From Centroscyllium fabricii (taxonomy: Eukaryota), in NCBI GenBank assembly GCA_051313645.2, contig JBNRSN020000007.1:40176001-40240000 (forward strand): DNA of 64,000 bases, read 5' to 3'. Positions 23,577 to 36,059 of the stretch are shown piece after piece. Numbering within the stretch: the stretch's first letter is position 1; each line of letters begins with the position of its first letter. The translations under genes and the position numbers were made by a program. The notes under the pieces were generated by a model. That model was not told the origin of the DNA, ran no database searches, and was given only the letters and a program-made list of their open reading frames with translations.

Positions 23577-26008
23577 AATGTCAATGTATGATATTTATTT
23601 ATCTCTTTTATGAGTAGCTGGCTTGATGGCTCACACTGTGAATGCGCTGCCCAGCTTGGAACTGACTCCCAGAGAAGATCGAGGTTCCACGTTAAATCGC
23701 TGGACCAATTTGGGCAGTAGCAGGCACACTACAGCTGGCCTCAGTAACCTTGAGGTCGGAGGGGGAAAACAATCACTTTCACGCTCCTGATTACGATTCA
23801 GTGACCCCCACTGGAAACTGTACATGTGTGAACATGGGGTAAGGACAGGGTCATCTGTGCTGGACCCTGGAGTCTAATAGGGGCTGAAATTGAACTCAGA
23901 CAGGGCGGGGCGTATAACAGGCGACCGATGCGATACCGTCTGTTTTGCATCCCCGCACAATTGAACTCACATAGTCTGCAAACACTCACTGACTGGGGCT
24001 CACTTATGTAGAATTACCATGTGGGTGAGGTACAGGAGGGTGTCTGATAACCTGTGGACCTTCCTTGCAGCCCCTTCAACAGGTTTAGGGAGAAATTGGA
24101 GCAAAAAGAAGAAAAAGGTGATAGGCTTCTTCAGAAAGTGTTCAGCGTACTTGGTGTTTGCTGAACACCTGCTGTAATTCATGTTGTAATGCATCATTAC
24201 ACTGCAAAAATGCCATTGTGTTGATACGGGGCATGACTTTGTACTGCTTTTCTCATTACACTGCTGACGTAAGCAGTGCACCTGTCGGGAAAATAAAGTT
24301 CTTTTAATGTTTGCTTTCACCACAGGGGACCGATACCTGGTAAATTCTGGCAGTGGGGTGGGACCCAGAAGAGACAGTTTCATATTGACTGTGGTGTTGC
24401 ATTCTTTCGATGAAACCATTGCTGGCAACGTAGGCTAGCTCATATATTAGTTGCAATACCTTTTGAAGCTAGCTGGGGAGAAAACTCAAGTGGTAATTCT
24501 TTCCCTGACCTGGTCCCATTGAAGTGCCAAAATAAATAAGTATTGTCTCGCAGAGGATTGTTTAACTTCATTGGAAACTGCTACACTGGCTCCACCCAGT
24601 GGAGACCAACAGAAAGAGTGTGTGTGGAGCACAAGGGACAACTTCTTGGTGTTTCATTGGCTTGCCATGGGGTGAGAAAGCTTCAACACAAGAACTTAAG
24701 AAGTAGGAGCAGGAGTCGGCCATATGGCCCCTCGGGCCTGCTCCGCCATTCAATAGGATCATGGCTGATCTGAAATTAGACCCACGTCCACTTCCCTGCC
24801 CGTTCCCCGTAACCCCTTATTCCTTCAGAAACTGTCTATCTCCGTTTTAAATTTATTTAATGTCGCAGCTTCCACAGCTCTCTGAGGCAGCAAATTCCAT
24901 AGATTCACCACCCTCTGAGTGAAGAAGTTCCTCATCTCAGTTTTGAACGGGCAGCCCCTTATTCTCAGATTATGCCCCCTATTTCTAGTCTCACCCATCA
25001 GTGGAAACATCCTCACCGCATCCACCCGATCAAGCTCCCTCATAATCTTGTATGTTTTGATAAGATCGCCTCTCATTCTTCTGAATTCCAATGAGTTGAG
25101 GCCCAACTTACTCAACCTTTCCTCATGAGTCAACCCCCTCACTACGAAATCAACCGAGTGAACCTTCTCTGAACTGCCTTGAGAGCAAGGATATCTTTCC
25201 TTAAATATAGAAACCAAAACTGTACGCAGTATTCCAGGTGTGGCCTCACCAGTACCCTGTACAACTGCAGCAAGAATTCCCTGTTTTTATACTCCATCCC
25301 CCTTGCAATAAAAGCCAAGATTCTATTGGCCTTCCTGATCACCTGCTGTACCTGCATACTAACCTTCTGTGTTTCATGCACCAGGACCCCAGATCCCTTT
25401 GCACTGTAGCACATTGCAGTTTCCCTCCATTCAGATAATAACTTGCTCATTGATTTTTTTTTGCCAACGTGCATAACCTCACACTTTCCAACATTATATT
25501 CCATCTGCCAAATCTTTGCCCACTCACCTAACCTGTCTATGTCCCTTTGCAGGATTTTTATGTCCTCCTCACTCACTGCTTTCCCTCCCATCTTTGTATC
25601 GTCGGCAAACTTGGATACGTTGCACTCGGTCCCCTCCTCCAAATCGTTAATAAAGATTGTTAATGTAATGTTACTATCGCAACAGTAAATTACTGAGAGC
25701 CACACGAGATGAGAATCACTCTTGTACTTTTAATGAGGTCTCAATTCCTTGCCCGCTCAGTGCACTCTGACCATGTGGTCAAGATGTCTTCCTTTTATAC
25801 TCAGAGGCTGGTGTCTTTACTGCAGCCGTAAAGCATGTCCACCAGCCCCCGACAGTGCATTACATCATTACATCATTACATCATTACATCATTACATTTC
25901 CCCCCTTTTACCTGCAGTGTTGCTTTCGATTTCGCTACACTCCCTGTTACCTGTGGAAGTGTAGGGTGCTTTCATTCATTCAATGTTCGTTGTCCGGAGG
26001 CCATCTGG

Positions 26009-29000
26009 CTATAAGTTCATTCTGCTGACTGGCCTCCGGACTCGTTCCGAGCGTCTTAGTGGGGGGGCTGTATGGGGGGTGGGCCCCGACTGTTCACTGT
26101 CCATGGCCCCCCTTTGCTCATTGTTCCCTGTCCCTTCGTTGGGTGTCCCCGGTGGGGGCGTTACCTCCGAGGGTCCCTCCCCCGGTGTCGTGCTGTCGCC
26201 CTCTTCTTCGACTTCCCTCTGCTGGTCGAACCTCTCTGAGGTCTGTCGAAGGTGCCTCCTGTTGCATTGATAGATGGCCCCTTCCTCCGTCATGACTTTA
26301 TACGATTGGGGCGCCACCTGTTCCATGACCATCGCAGGCTGGTCCCAGGCCATAGGTCCCTCCATCCGCACGACCTCCTGTGGGTGTAAGGGTTTAAGAG
26401 GCGCGGCTGCCCTATCATAATCTCTTTTCTGCCACTCACGCAGTGTCCTGGCCTTTTCTGCCCACTGCGCATCTGGGACCCCCGGTGTCCCTTGGCTGGG
26501 GAGGCGCGTTCTGATTTTCCTGCCCATGAGTAGCTCGGCTGGGGACCTCCCACTCTCGAGGGGAGCTGCCCTGTAGGCCATCATGGCCAAGTATATGTCT
26601 GCCCCACTATGGGCTGCTTTCGTCAGGAGGCGCTTGACAATTTGCACTCCCTTCTCTGCCTTTCCATTTGCCTGGGGTATTGCGGACTAGATGTGGTGTG
26701 CTCAAATCCATATTCTTTGGCGAATTCTTTGAATTCGTAGCTTGCGAATTGTGGGCCGTTGTCGGACACCACTGTGAGGGGAATGCCTAACCAAGCGAAT
26801 ATGGACTTCATGTGGGTGATTACCCCTCGGACGTGGTGCTTGTTAACAACGCCATCTCGGGATAGTTGGAGTAGTAATCGATGAGCAGAAGGTACTCCCT
26901 TCCCTCAAAGTGAAATAAGTCCGCCCCCACCTTTTCCCATGGCTGAGTGGGGAACTCTGGCTGTAAGAGGGGCTCTCTGCGCTGCTTGTGCTGGAACTGT
27001 GTGCACGTGGCGCATTCTCCCACCATTGTGTCAATGTCCTCATTCATCTTTGGCCAGTATACTGCCTCTCTGGCCCTTCGTTTACATTTCTCCACCCCCA
27101 GGTGTCCCTCGTGGATGGGCTGTAGCATCTCTCACCTCAAAGAGGTCGGCACCACTATTTGATCTCCTTTTACACAAAAACACAGAAACACAGAAGATAG
27201 GAGCAGGAGTAGGCCATTCGGCCCTTCGAGTCTGCTCCGCCATTTTTGATGAGATCATGGCTGATCATCCAAACCCAGCACCCCCCTCCTACCCTCTCCA
27301 CATATCCCCCGACACCCCCAACTCTAAGAACTATATCTCACACACATACTCATGGGCAATTTTAGTATCTCCAATTCACCTAAATTGCATGTCTTTGGGT
27401 GGTGGGAGGAAACTGGAGTACCCGGAGGGAACCCACACGAACACGGGGAGAACATGCAAACTCCACGCAGAGAGGTCCCGGGCAAAGCAGGAATCGAACC
27501 CAGGAGCTCCGTATTGCGAAGCAGCAGTGCTAACCACTGCCCTACCATGTCTTTAAGATCACCCCATTTATTATTGAGAGTTCTGTGTGTAGCTGTTGAT
27601 ATTGGGGGCAGGAGCCATTTCTCCACCCGTCTTGTAGGTTTTTTGCTACCTTCTTGAGGACCGGGTCTCTGGCCGTTTCCTTGGCTATGCGGAGTAACTG
27701 CTCCTGTGTCGCCGGTAGTGCAGCATAAATCATGTTAACTTGCAGGGTCACCTCCTGCTCGGCTGTGGTGTCCTGTGGTGCCCTGCCTGTGGCCTGGGAC
27801 AGAGTGTCCGCTATGTACATTTGAGACCCCGGCACATATACCAGCTCGTAGTCGTACGGCTGCAATTTCATCATTAATCTTTGCAGCCTGGAGGACATGT
27901 CGCATAGTTTCTTTTTTGCTATACCTAACAGTGGCTTGTGGTCTGTTTCAAGCACCACCTTGGCTAGCCCGTATATATACGTGTGAAATTTTTCACAGCC
28001 AAAGGTGAGACCCAGACACTCCTTTTCGATTTGAGTGGACCTGGTTTCGGTCTCAGTCATTGAGCGTGAGGCGTACGCCACTGGTCTCCATGCCCCCTCT
28101 TCTTGCTGCAGTAGGACCGCCCCCAACCCATCCTTGGAGGCATCTGTGGAGACCTTCGTGGGGAGCTCTGTGGAGAAAAACTTGAGAAGTGGTTCGGTTG
28201 CCAGGAGTTCTTTAAGGCCGTCCCACTCCCTCTCGTGCTCCTTCTCCCAATGAAACTCTACCTCCCTCTGTAGCAGTTTCCTGAGGTGTGCCGTTCTGCC
28301 TGCCAGGTTGGGTATAAATCTGCCCAGGTAATTCACAATGCCTAGCACCCTTTGTATCCCCTTTCTGTCTTGGGGCTTCTGCATTTGGTGAATTGCCCTT
28401 ACTTTGTCCTTGTCTGGCTGCACTCCTTCTACCGATATTTTTTCCCCTAGAAATTTTAGCTCTTGGACCGCAAATTGGCACTTGTCCCTATTTAGCTTGA
28501 GGCCATGCATTTTTATGCACTGTAGTGTTTTTTCGAGCCTGCTATCATGCTCCTCCTTTGTGGCTCCCCAGATCACGATGTCATCCACGTAGACTCTCAC
28601 CCCCTGGAGGCCTTCTATGAGCTGCTCCATAGCTCTGTGAATAATTTTCGGGGTGGAGCTTATTCCAAACGGCAGCCTCTGGTAAGAATAGCGTCCAAAT
28701 GGGGTGTTAAAGGTACAGAGTTTCACACTTCTATTGTCCAGCCTCAACTGCCAGAAACCCATTTGAGGCATCCATTTTTGAAAAGAATCTGGCTCCAGCC
28801 ATTTCACTAATGATTTCCTCTCTTTTGGGAATTTGATAGTGCTCCCTCCTTATGTTGGAGTTTAGGTATTTTGGGTCCATACAGACTCTGATTTTATCTT
28901 GTTTTTTGACTATGACCATGGAGTTTACCCAGTCTGTTGGCTCTGTCATTTTTTTTATCACCCCCAGGCTCTCCATGCAGTCCAGTTCCACTTGTAATTT

Positions 29001-30434
29001 GTCTTTCAGGGCTACTGGCACTCTCCGTGGTGCGTTCCCTTTCAGCTTGATCGAATACACTTGAGGTAAGGTATCGATCACTTGGAACACCTCGGGGTAA
29101 TTTCTGGCCACATCGTTAGTTTCAACCGTCTCTGACCCACTGTGCTCCCTGACCCCGTAAATTCTCTTGACTAGTCCCAAGTTCACACAGGCCTCGTTCC
29201 CCAGTAGCGTTTCATCTCCGTCTGGTACGATTATGAACTTGAGGTGGTGCTGCTGGCCTCTGGACATTACTTTAAGCCAGCACATTCCTCTGGTTTCTAT
29301 GCACTGCCCGTTGTATGCCTTCAGCACCATATTGCTGTGCACAGTTCTGGGTGCCTTGGCCAGCCTTTTTAAACCTCACTGGCAGATTAAGTTTGCCCTG
29401 GCCCCTGTGTCCAATTTTAACCATATTACAGTTCCATTTACTGGCAGGGAAGCTACCCACGTTTCCTCCCCTGCCCCAACGGCGTTCACCGGGAACCCCC
29501 CTTCTCTGCCCACCAGGCTTATATACATACAGTGTGTGCTGTGGTGTAGGGATTCCTTGCCCTCACTCTCCACGCCGTTGACTCTATCTGCCATTGCCGG
29601 CCTCCGTCCCGATCTCTCTTCTGCCCCGCAGGTCCTCGCGAAGTGGTTCCGTCCGCCGCAGTTCGCGCATACCTTCCCGTATGCTGGGCATCGCCTGAGC
29701 ATGTGTCGGTTCCAACATCTTCTGCAGCTCTCCGCCGCCATCGTTGTTCTCACGGTCTGTCCCCAGTCTCTCCGTCCGTAGGGCGCCGTCGCCGCCATCG
29801 CTGCCACCCTCATGGTCTCCACTGTCTCCACGTGGTCGGCTTCCTCGTCGTACAGGGCCTCGATCACCCTTCTGTTGTCCGCGGCACTTCTAAATGTTTT
29901 CACATGCTTGGCCGCATCCTCGCTCGATTGGCAAATTCTGATTGCCGAGTCCAAGGTGAGGTCCTTGTCTCGGAGGAGCCTCTCCTGGGTTTTAATGTCC
30001 TGCACTCCCCTCACGATCTGGTCCCTTATGAGGGAGTCCTTTAGTGTCCCATAGTTGCAGGTTTGGGCCATTCTTCGCAGGTCTGTCACGAAGACATCGA
30101 AGGCTTCTCCGATCCTCTGCCTCCTTTCCCCGAATAAGAACCTCTCACAGGTCTCGTTATCCCTCGGGTTGCAGTGTTCCTCAAAGTTTTCTAGTACCTT
30201 GTCGAGTACTTTCTTGTCTGCTTCTTCTGCAAAGGGCAGTGTGTTATACAAGTCCAAGGCCTGATCTCCTGCCACTGTTAGGAACAGAGCCACCTTGCGA
30301 GGTTCTCCACTTTCCGTGGCATTGATCGCCAGCAGGTAATTTTCAAATTTCTGTTTAAATTGTTTCCAGTGAGCAGCAACATTTCCTTCCAGCTGCAGGC
30401 TGTTCGGTGGTGCAATCCCCTGTAGAGTAGTCAT
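26009..30434 (-). pseudogene. gag-pol of the Mag-like element, fragmented
   Basis: LIRDQIV gag, CCHC-like motifs, KLDTGA protease, YVDD RT, STDAS RNase H, VSDNGPQF integrase; several frameshifts and a SINE insertion. Confidence 0.9.
27170..27548 (-). mobile_element. V-SINE variant inserted in pol
   Basis: GGTTCGATTCC B-box, GGAGTTTGCATGTTCTCCCC core, CR1 tail; splits ILK|GDQIVVP. Confidence 0.85.
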
Positions 30435-30714
30435 TTTTTTACTCCTGGTACCATGTAATGTTACTATCTTAACAGTAAATTACTGAGAGCCACACGAGAT
30501 AAGAATCACTCTTGTACTTTTAATGAGGTCTCAATTCCTTGCCCGCTCAGTGCACTCTGACCATGTGGTCAAGATGTCTTCCTTTTATACTCAGAGGCTG
30601 GTGTCTTTACTGCAGCCGTAAAGCATGTCCACCAGCCCCTGACAGTGCATACATCACATCATTACAGTAAAGAGTTGGGGTCCCAGCACTGACCCCTGCG
30701 GAACACCACTAGTT

Positions 30715-30868
30715 ACATAGAAACATAGAAGATAGGGGCAGGAGTAGGCCATTCGGCCCTTCAAGCCTGCTCCGACATTCAATGAGATCATGGCTGATCA
30801 TCCAAACCCAGTACCCTGTCCCTGCCTTGTCCCCATATCCCTCGATTCCTATCGAGCCTGCATCGACA
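30715..30868 (-). mobile_element. 5'-truncated V-SINE within the CR1 fragment
   Basis: CR1-type tail plus the SINE-specific segment. Confidence 0.8.
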
Positions 30869-31519
30869 CTGATTGCCAATCCGAGAATAAACCATTTATC
30901 CCAACTCTTTGTTTTCTGTTTGATAGCCAATCTTCCACCCATGCCAGTAGATTACCCCAATCCCGTGATTTTTTATCTTGTGCAGTAATCTTTTGTGTGG
31001 CACCTTGTCAAATGCCTTTTGGAAGTCCAAATACACCACATCCACTGGTTCCCCTTTATCCACCCTGTTTGTTACTTTCTCAAAGAATTCGAGCAAATTT
31101 GTCAAACATGACTTCCCTTTCGTAAAACCATGCTGACTCTGTCCGATTAAATTATGCTTATCCAAATGTCATGTTACTGCTTCCTTAATAATAGACTCGA
31201 ACATTTTACCAACCACAGATGTTAAGCTAACAGATCATGTCATTGCAAATGTAGGTTAAGGTGGCAACTGATACCACTGTCATTTGCAATGGCTTTACAT
31301 TGTTACCAGATCTGTTATCTTGAATGATATCCTGGTGAGGAATGATCTTATTGAAAGATGCTGAAGGTTGTCTAAGGGGTGTCCAATAATGTGGGTTTTT
31401 TTGCCTGTGAAATGCATATGAAAGTTTATTACAAAATGATCCTGACACAAATCTCGAGCAGAGAGCTGAATCCTCAAGCAAAGTACTCTCGCTGGGACTG
31501 CCCCGTTGGTTGAAAGCAT

Positions 31520-31925
31520 TGTGGTAAACCACTGTTTCCATTGTATATACTCACCCCATTATGTATCTCTGTAATCGTGCTTATATCTATGTTGTATATA
31601 ACCTGTTGTGCGATTACCTGGACATGCCCATGCTGGCTCCGCCCACGACTCCTCCCTCCCAGGAGGAGGTATATAAGTGGCCGTCTCCCATCCCCCAGCC
31701 ATTCCTGGGGATGGTCGACTAGCTGGTGCATGTCCACCATTTAGTGAATAAAAGCCGTATTGTTTCACCCTTCTAACAACTCGTCCACGAGGTCGTTATT
31801 TCGGTCACAATTTTATTCACTAAATGGTGGACATGCACCAGCTAGTCGACCATCCCCAGGAATGGCTGGGGGATGGGAGACGGCCGCTTATATACCTCCT
31901 CCCGGGAGGGAGGAGTCGCGGGCGG
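31520..31925 (+). mobile_element. LTR (31520-31809) + PBS + inverted partial LTR copy (fold-back relic)
   Basis: TGTGGTAAACC...GTCACA; arms 31636-31753 and 31811-31928; flanked by AGCAT/AGCAT. Confidence 0.92.
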
Positions 31926-32204
31926 AGCATCACCCAGTGTAAAGCAAACCACACAAATCAGGGAAGCCCCGGATTGAATTCCTGGTCTGTATTGAGTTAG
32001 TTGTTCCCAACCAGGGTGGTGTTGGGGTGTAACAACTTGTGCCTCTGAGCTAAGGAGAGGAAAAAATAAGTAAGGGTTCCCACTACTGACCTATCCAGTA
32101 ATTCCCATTGGAAATGTGTGTGTGGACATTAGGTGAGAATACGACTGGGTCTGGCTCTGAACCCTTTATGATTTGAATAATTTGGCAGCTATCCCTCCCT
32201 TACG

Positions 32205-32715
32205 ATGTAAGAAGTCACACAACACCAGGTTATAGTCCAACAGTTTTATTTGAAATCACAAGCTTTCGGAGCGTAACTCCTTCATCAGGTGTAGTAGAGA
32301 GATGCATATAGGCACAGCATATATAGTCGGAGAACAATGTAATCTTTCCAACTGCCCTTCATCACACCTCGGCAGAGAGACATTCACAGCAATTAAAGGT
32401 GTGAATGGTGCTCAAATAGGTCAGTCAGGCAGGCACCACCCGAAGAACAATGATGTGGAGTCACCAAGGGTCAAATGTTGCACATGCTGGGGTCTGGAGT
32501 CTGTGTGAAAAACCAACACAGAACAATTTAATAAAAGGATTTTCCTTGCTGGAAATCGCAGTTGGTCCAGCCACATCTGTGTAGTGAGAACAAGCCAAAG
32601 ACAACTCGAGTCTAAGATGACTGATTTCAAATAAAACTGTTGCACTATAACCTGGTGTTGTGTGACTTCTTACATTTGTCCACCCCAGTCCAACACCGGC
32701 ACTTCCACATCATCC
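32205..32715. mobile_element. Penelope-like terminal fragments in inverted arrangement
   Basis: 32205-32260 is the reverse complement of 32621-32675; same terminal sequence recurs at 34603-34690. Confidence 0.7.
32255..32293 (-). ncRNA. Minimal hammerhead ribozyme motif
   Basis: CAC-CTGATGA-AGGAGTTACGCTCC-GAAAGCTT-GTG. Confidence 0.7.
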
Positions 32716-33096
32716 CTTATGATGGAAACTGTTGCCTAAATAATGAGTTTTGATACAGGTTCAGCGCTTGGAAGTGATCTTAAAAATTCTGCTGCCGCGC
32801 TATCATTTCAGTCAGCACAGCCAGTGAGACATATTACAAAAAACAATCACAGAGAGTATTTCCTCTGGGACAGCAAGTATTCCGTTTTATCTGTAAAACA
32901 GAACCTCTCAGTTTTGTAGACATTCTTCCTGTTGAGTCTCCCAGTCAGCTTAGACCCATTCGCAAGATGGCTCTGATCCATCTCTGGAGCACTGCCAGTG
33001 AGCAGAGCATCCTTGCGAGACCACAGCTTTGAACCTAGCACAGGATCATAGCCACAGAGCTATGCCCTTGCTAAGGCTTGTTTGCGCCACGCCACA

Positions 33097-33855
33097 CATA
33101 ACATAGAAACATAGAAAATAGGTGCAGGAGTAGACCATTCAGCCCTTCGAGCCTGCACCGCCATTCAATACGTTAATGGCTGAACATGCTACATCAGTAC
33201 CCCGTTCCTGCTTTCTCGCCATATCCCTTGATCCCCCTAGTTGTAAGTATTACATCTAACTCCCTTTTGAATATATTTAGTGAACTGGCCTCAACAACTT
33301 TCTGTGGTAGAGAATTCCACAGGTTCACCACTCTCTGGGTGAAGAAGTTTCTCCTCACCTCGATCCTAAATGGCTTACCCCTTATCCTTAGTCTGTGCCC
33401 CCTGGTTCTGGACTTCCCCAACATTGGGAACATTCTGCCCGCATCCAACCTGTCTAAACCGGTCAGTATTTTAAACGTTTCTATGAGATCCCCCCTCATT
33501 CTTCTGAACTCCAGAGAGTACAAGTTCAGTTGATCCAGTCTTTCTTGATATGTCAGTCCGGCCATCCCGGGAATCAATCTAGTAAACCTTCGCTGCACTC
33601 CCTCAATAGCAAGAATGTCCTTCCTCAAGTTAGGAGACCAAAACTGCACACAATACTCCAAGTGTGGCCTCACCAAGGCCCTGTACAACTGTAGCAACAC
33701 CTCCTTACTCCTGTACTCAATTCCCCTCACTATGAAGGCCAACATGCCATTTGCTTTCTTAACTGCCTGCTGTACCTGCATTTCCACCTTCAGCGACTGA
33801 TGCACCATGACGCCCAGGTCTCGTTGCACCTCCCCTTTCCCTAATGTGTCACCAG
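33097..33855 (-). mobile_element. CR1/HER1-type LINE 3' fragment
   Basis: 211-aa uninterrupted ORF2 C-terminus (33194-33829) plus tail. Confidence 0.93.
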
Positions 33856-34602
33856 TAACTTCCGTTACTGTTGCCTTCTAGACTTCTGGTTGTTTTAGGA
33901 CCAGCTTTGAGAAACCAAGCTGAACTGCCAAGGTCCATAGAGTAGAACACCACTGAGTTTGCAAACAGTAGCAGGAAAGGTGAAGTAAATCCCTCAGTAA
34001 TAGTTCGGTCATGTCAAGCGAAAGTTTTAAAAGTATGAATTTTTTTTGACTGAGGGAGTTAAGGAGCTGTATAGTTTTGAGACGCTTCGAAAAAATAAAT
34101 TAAGAGTTGATGTTGTCGTAAGTCTGAATTTCAACACAGTGAAGATGGCTTGGAGGGGGGAAAATGAGTGGGATTTGCAGCTTCGGAGGAACACGAGGGA
34201 AATGATGGTATCAATTATGATTTGTCTGGTTCAACCAATCTCCACTATAACTGGGGAAAGAATAGTCAATGAATGTCTAATGGCAGCTATTGTGAGTTTT
34301 ATAAAAAAATGACCTTAAGGTATACCAATGCAGATGCTTGTCAGTTTTTTGTGAGATGGTTGAATCATTTCTGATTTGAATATGGGAACAATATTGAAGC
34401 TTTTGCTGCATTGGGCTGTGAAGACAATTACGAGTTGCATAGGGGCGAAGAGGTGAGCTACCCATCATTAAAATACAATAAGACTGCATTAAAATGAGGC
34501 GATGAATAAATAGTTAGCACAGCTACACATCACTTCTGTCAAAAAATAACATTGATAAAACAACATCTTGAGCATTGCGTTGGTTTGCTCAATACATGAC
34601 AC

Positions 34603-34641
34603 ATCACCTGACGAAGGAGCAGCGCTCCGAAAGCTTGTGAT
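34603..34641 (+). ncRNA. Minimal hammerhead ribozyme motif in a Penelope-like terminal fragment (34603-34690)
   Basis: ATCAC-CTGACGA-AGGAGCAGCGCTCC-GAAAGCTT-GTGAT; helix I ATCAC/GTGAT, helix II GGAGC/GCTCC. Confidence 0.78.
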
Positions 34642-34938
34642 TTCAAATAAAACTGGTGGACTATAACCTGGTGTTGTGTGACTTCTTACACATTAATGTG
34701 ATCTGTATAGGAGACTATCACTGCATTACTTATGCATGACATCAAACCAAATATACCATATGCACTACATTCCTATTATGCTTATTGAATAATTTGATGA
34801 AATTAGGCAAGCATCACCTACTCTTTATTATATTGACCATATCAGATTAGCTCATACCTTTCTGAGTGTTTGTTGTTGACTAGAGACCCGGGTCTCTCGT
34901 GCTGTAAGGCAACAGTGCTAACCACTATGCCACCGTGA

Positions 34939-35324
34939 GGGCGGCACAGTGGCATAGTGGTTAGCACTGTTGCCTCACAGCACTAGAGTCCTGGGTTCAA
35001 ATCCAGCCTCGGGTGACTATCTGTGTGGAGTTTGCACATTCTCCCCGTGTCTGCGTGGGTTTCCTCCGGGTGCTCCGGTTTCCTCCCACAGTCCAAAGAT
35101 GTGCGGGTTAGGTTGATTGGCCATGATAAATTGACCCTTAGTGTTAGGGGGATTAAATATGTGGGGTTACGGGGATAGGGTGGGATATGTGTCGGTGCAG
35201 GTTCGAGAGGGATCGAGGGATATGGGGACGGGGCAGGGACAGGGTGCTGGGTTTGGATGATCAGCCATGATCTCATTGAGTGGCGGAGCAGGCTCGAAGG
35301 GCCGAATAGCCTACTCCTGCTCTT
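34939..35324 (+). mobile_element. HE1-type V-SINE (tail resumes at about 35741)
   Basis: Full head, core and tail. Confidence 0.92.
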
Positions 35325-35740
35325 ATAGAAACATAGAAACATAGAAACTAGGAGCAGGAGTAGGCCATTCGGCCCTTCGAGCCTGCTCCACCATTCAATG
35401 AGATCATGGCTGATCATCCAAACCCAGCACCCTATCCATGCCCCTGCCCTCTCCCCATATCCCTCGATCCCTATCGAGCCTGCACCGACACATATCCCAC
35501 CCTATCCCCGTAACCCCACATATTCAATCCCCCTGACACTAAGGGTCAATTTATTATGGCCAATCAACCTAACCCGCACATCTTTGGACTGTGGGAGGAA
35601 ACCGGAGCACCCGGAGGAAACCCACGCAGACACGGGGAGAATGTGCAAACTCCACACAGATAGTACCCGAGGCCGGATTTGAACCCGGGTCTCCAGTGCT
35701 GTGAGACAACAGTGCTAACCACTGTCCCAACGTGCCGCCC
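35325..35740 (-). mobile_element. HE1-type V-SINE inserted inverted into the tail of the previous SINE
   Basis: Full head, core and tail. Confidence 0.92.
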
Positions 35741-36059
35741 ATGTTTCTATGCCTTATGGTTTGTGACGTATCGTCAATTTGCCTTAATAAAAGACTAAAC
35801 GAGTAGTGACCTTAACTATAGGCTTTTATTAACTTACTTTGGAGTTACCCTCCGATCGAACATCCAGAACAGAATGAGGGAGCCTGGTCAGTCCTCACCT
35901 ATAAAGGGCCTCACCTGGGGGAGGAGTTAGAGGTGTGGCTGACCTGGCTCCACGACAGTGTTGCAAAGTGGTGTATCATACAAAGCCAATATTGGCAACA
36001 ATATTATAGTGGTGACGTATACACAATATGGTTACCACATTCACCCCTTCTTGAAAATT

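Larger units (their letters stand above)
25664..30666 (-). mobile_element. Gypsy LTR retrotransposon, Mag-like clade, frameshifted
   Basis: LTRs 30454-30666 and 25664-25896; TSD GTTAA/GTAAA; PBS TGGTACCAGGAGT (tRNA-Leu); PPT AAAGGGGGGAAA. Confidence 0.92.
24690..31230 (-). mobile_element. CR1-type LINE ORF2 fragment (24690-25663 + 30667-31230) split by a Gypsy element
   Basis: QHGFTKGKSCLTNL, YLDFQKAFDKVPH, KFADDTK, RPHLEYCVQFW motifs; 3' tail at about 24690. Confidence 0.92.

Noticed and set aside
24000-24428. 142-aa minus-strand ORF in non-repeat-looking DNA
   Set aside because: No recognisable domain, non-ATG start, consistent with chance
31950-32170. Possible ancient SINE remnants (also about 13040-13150 and 23615-23800)
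   Set aside because: Too diverged to assign or bound without a consensus alignment
34939-35010. tRNA genes at SINE heads
   Set aside because: A and B boxes are present, but each runs into the V-SINE core and CR1 tail and lacks a proper 3' acceptor stem
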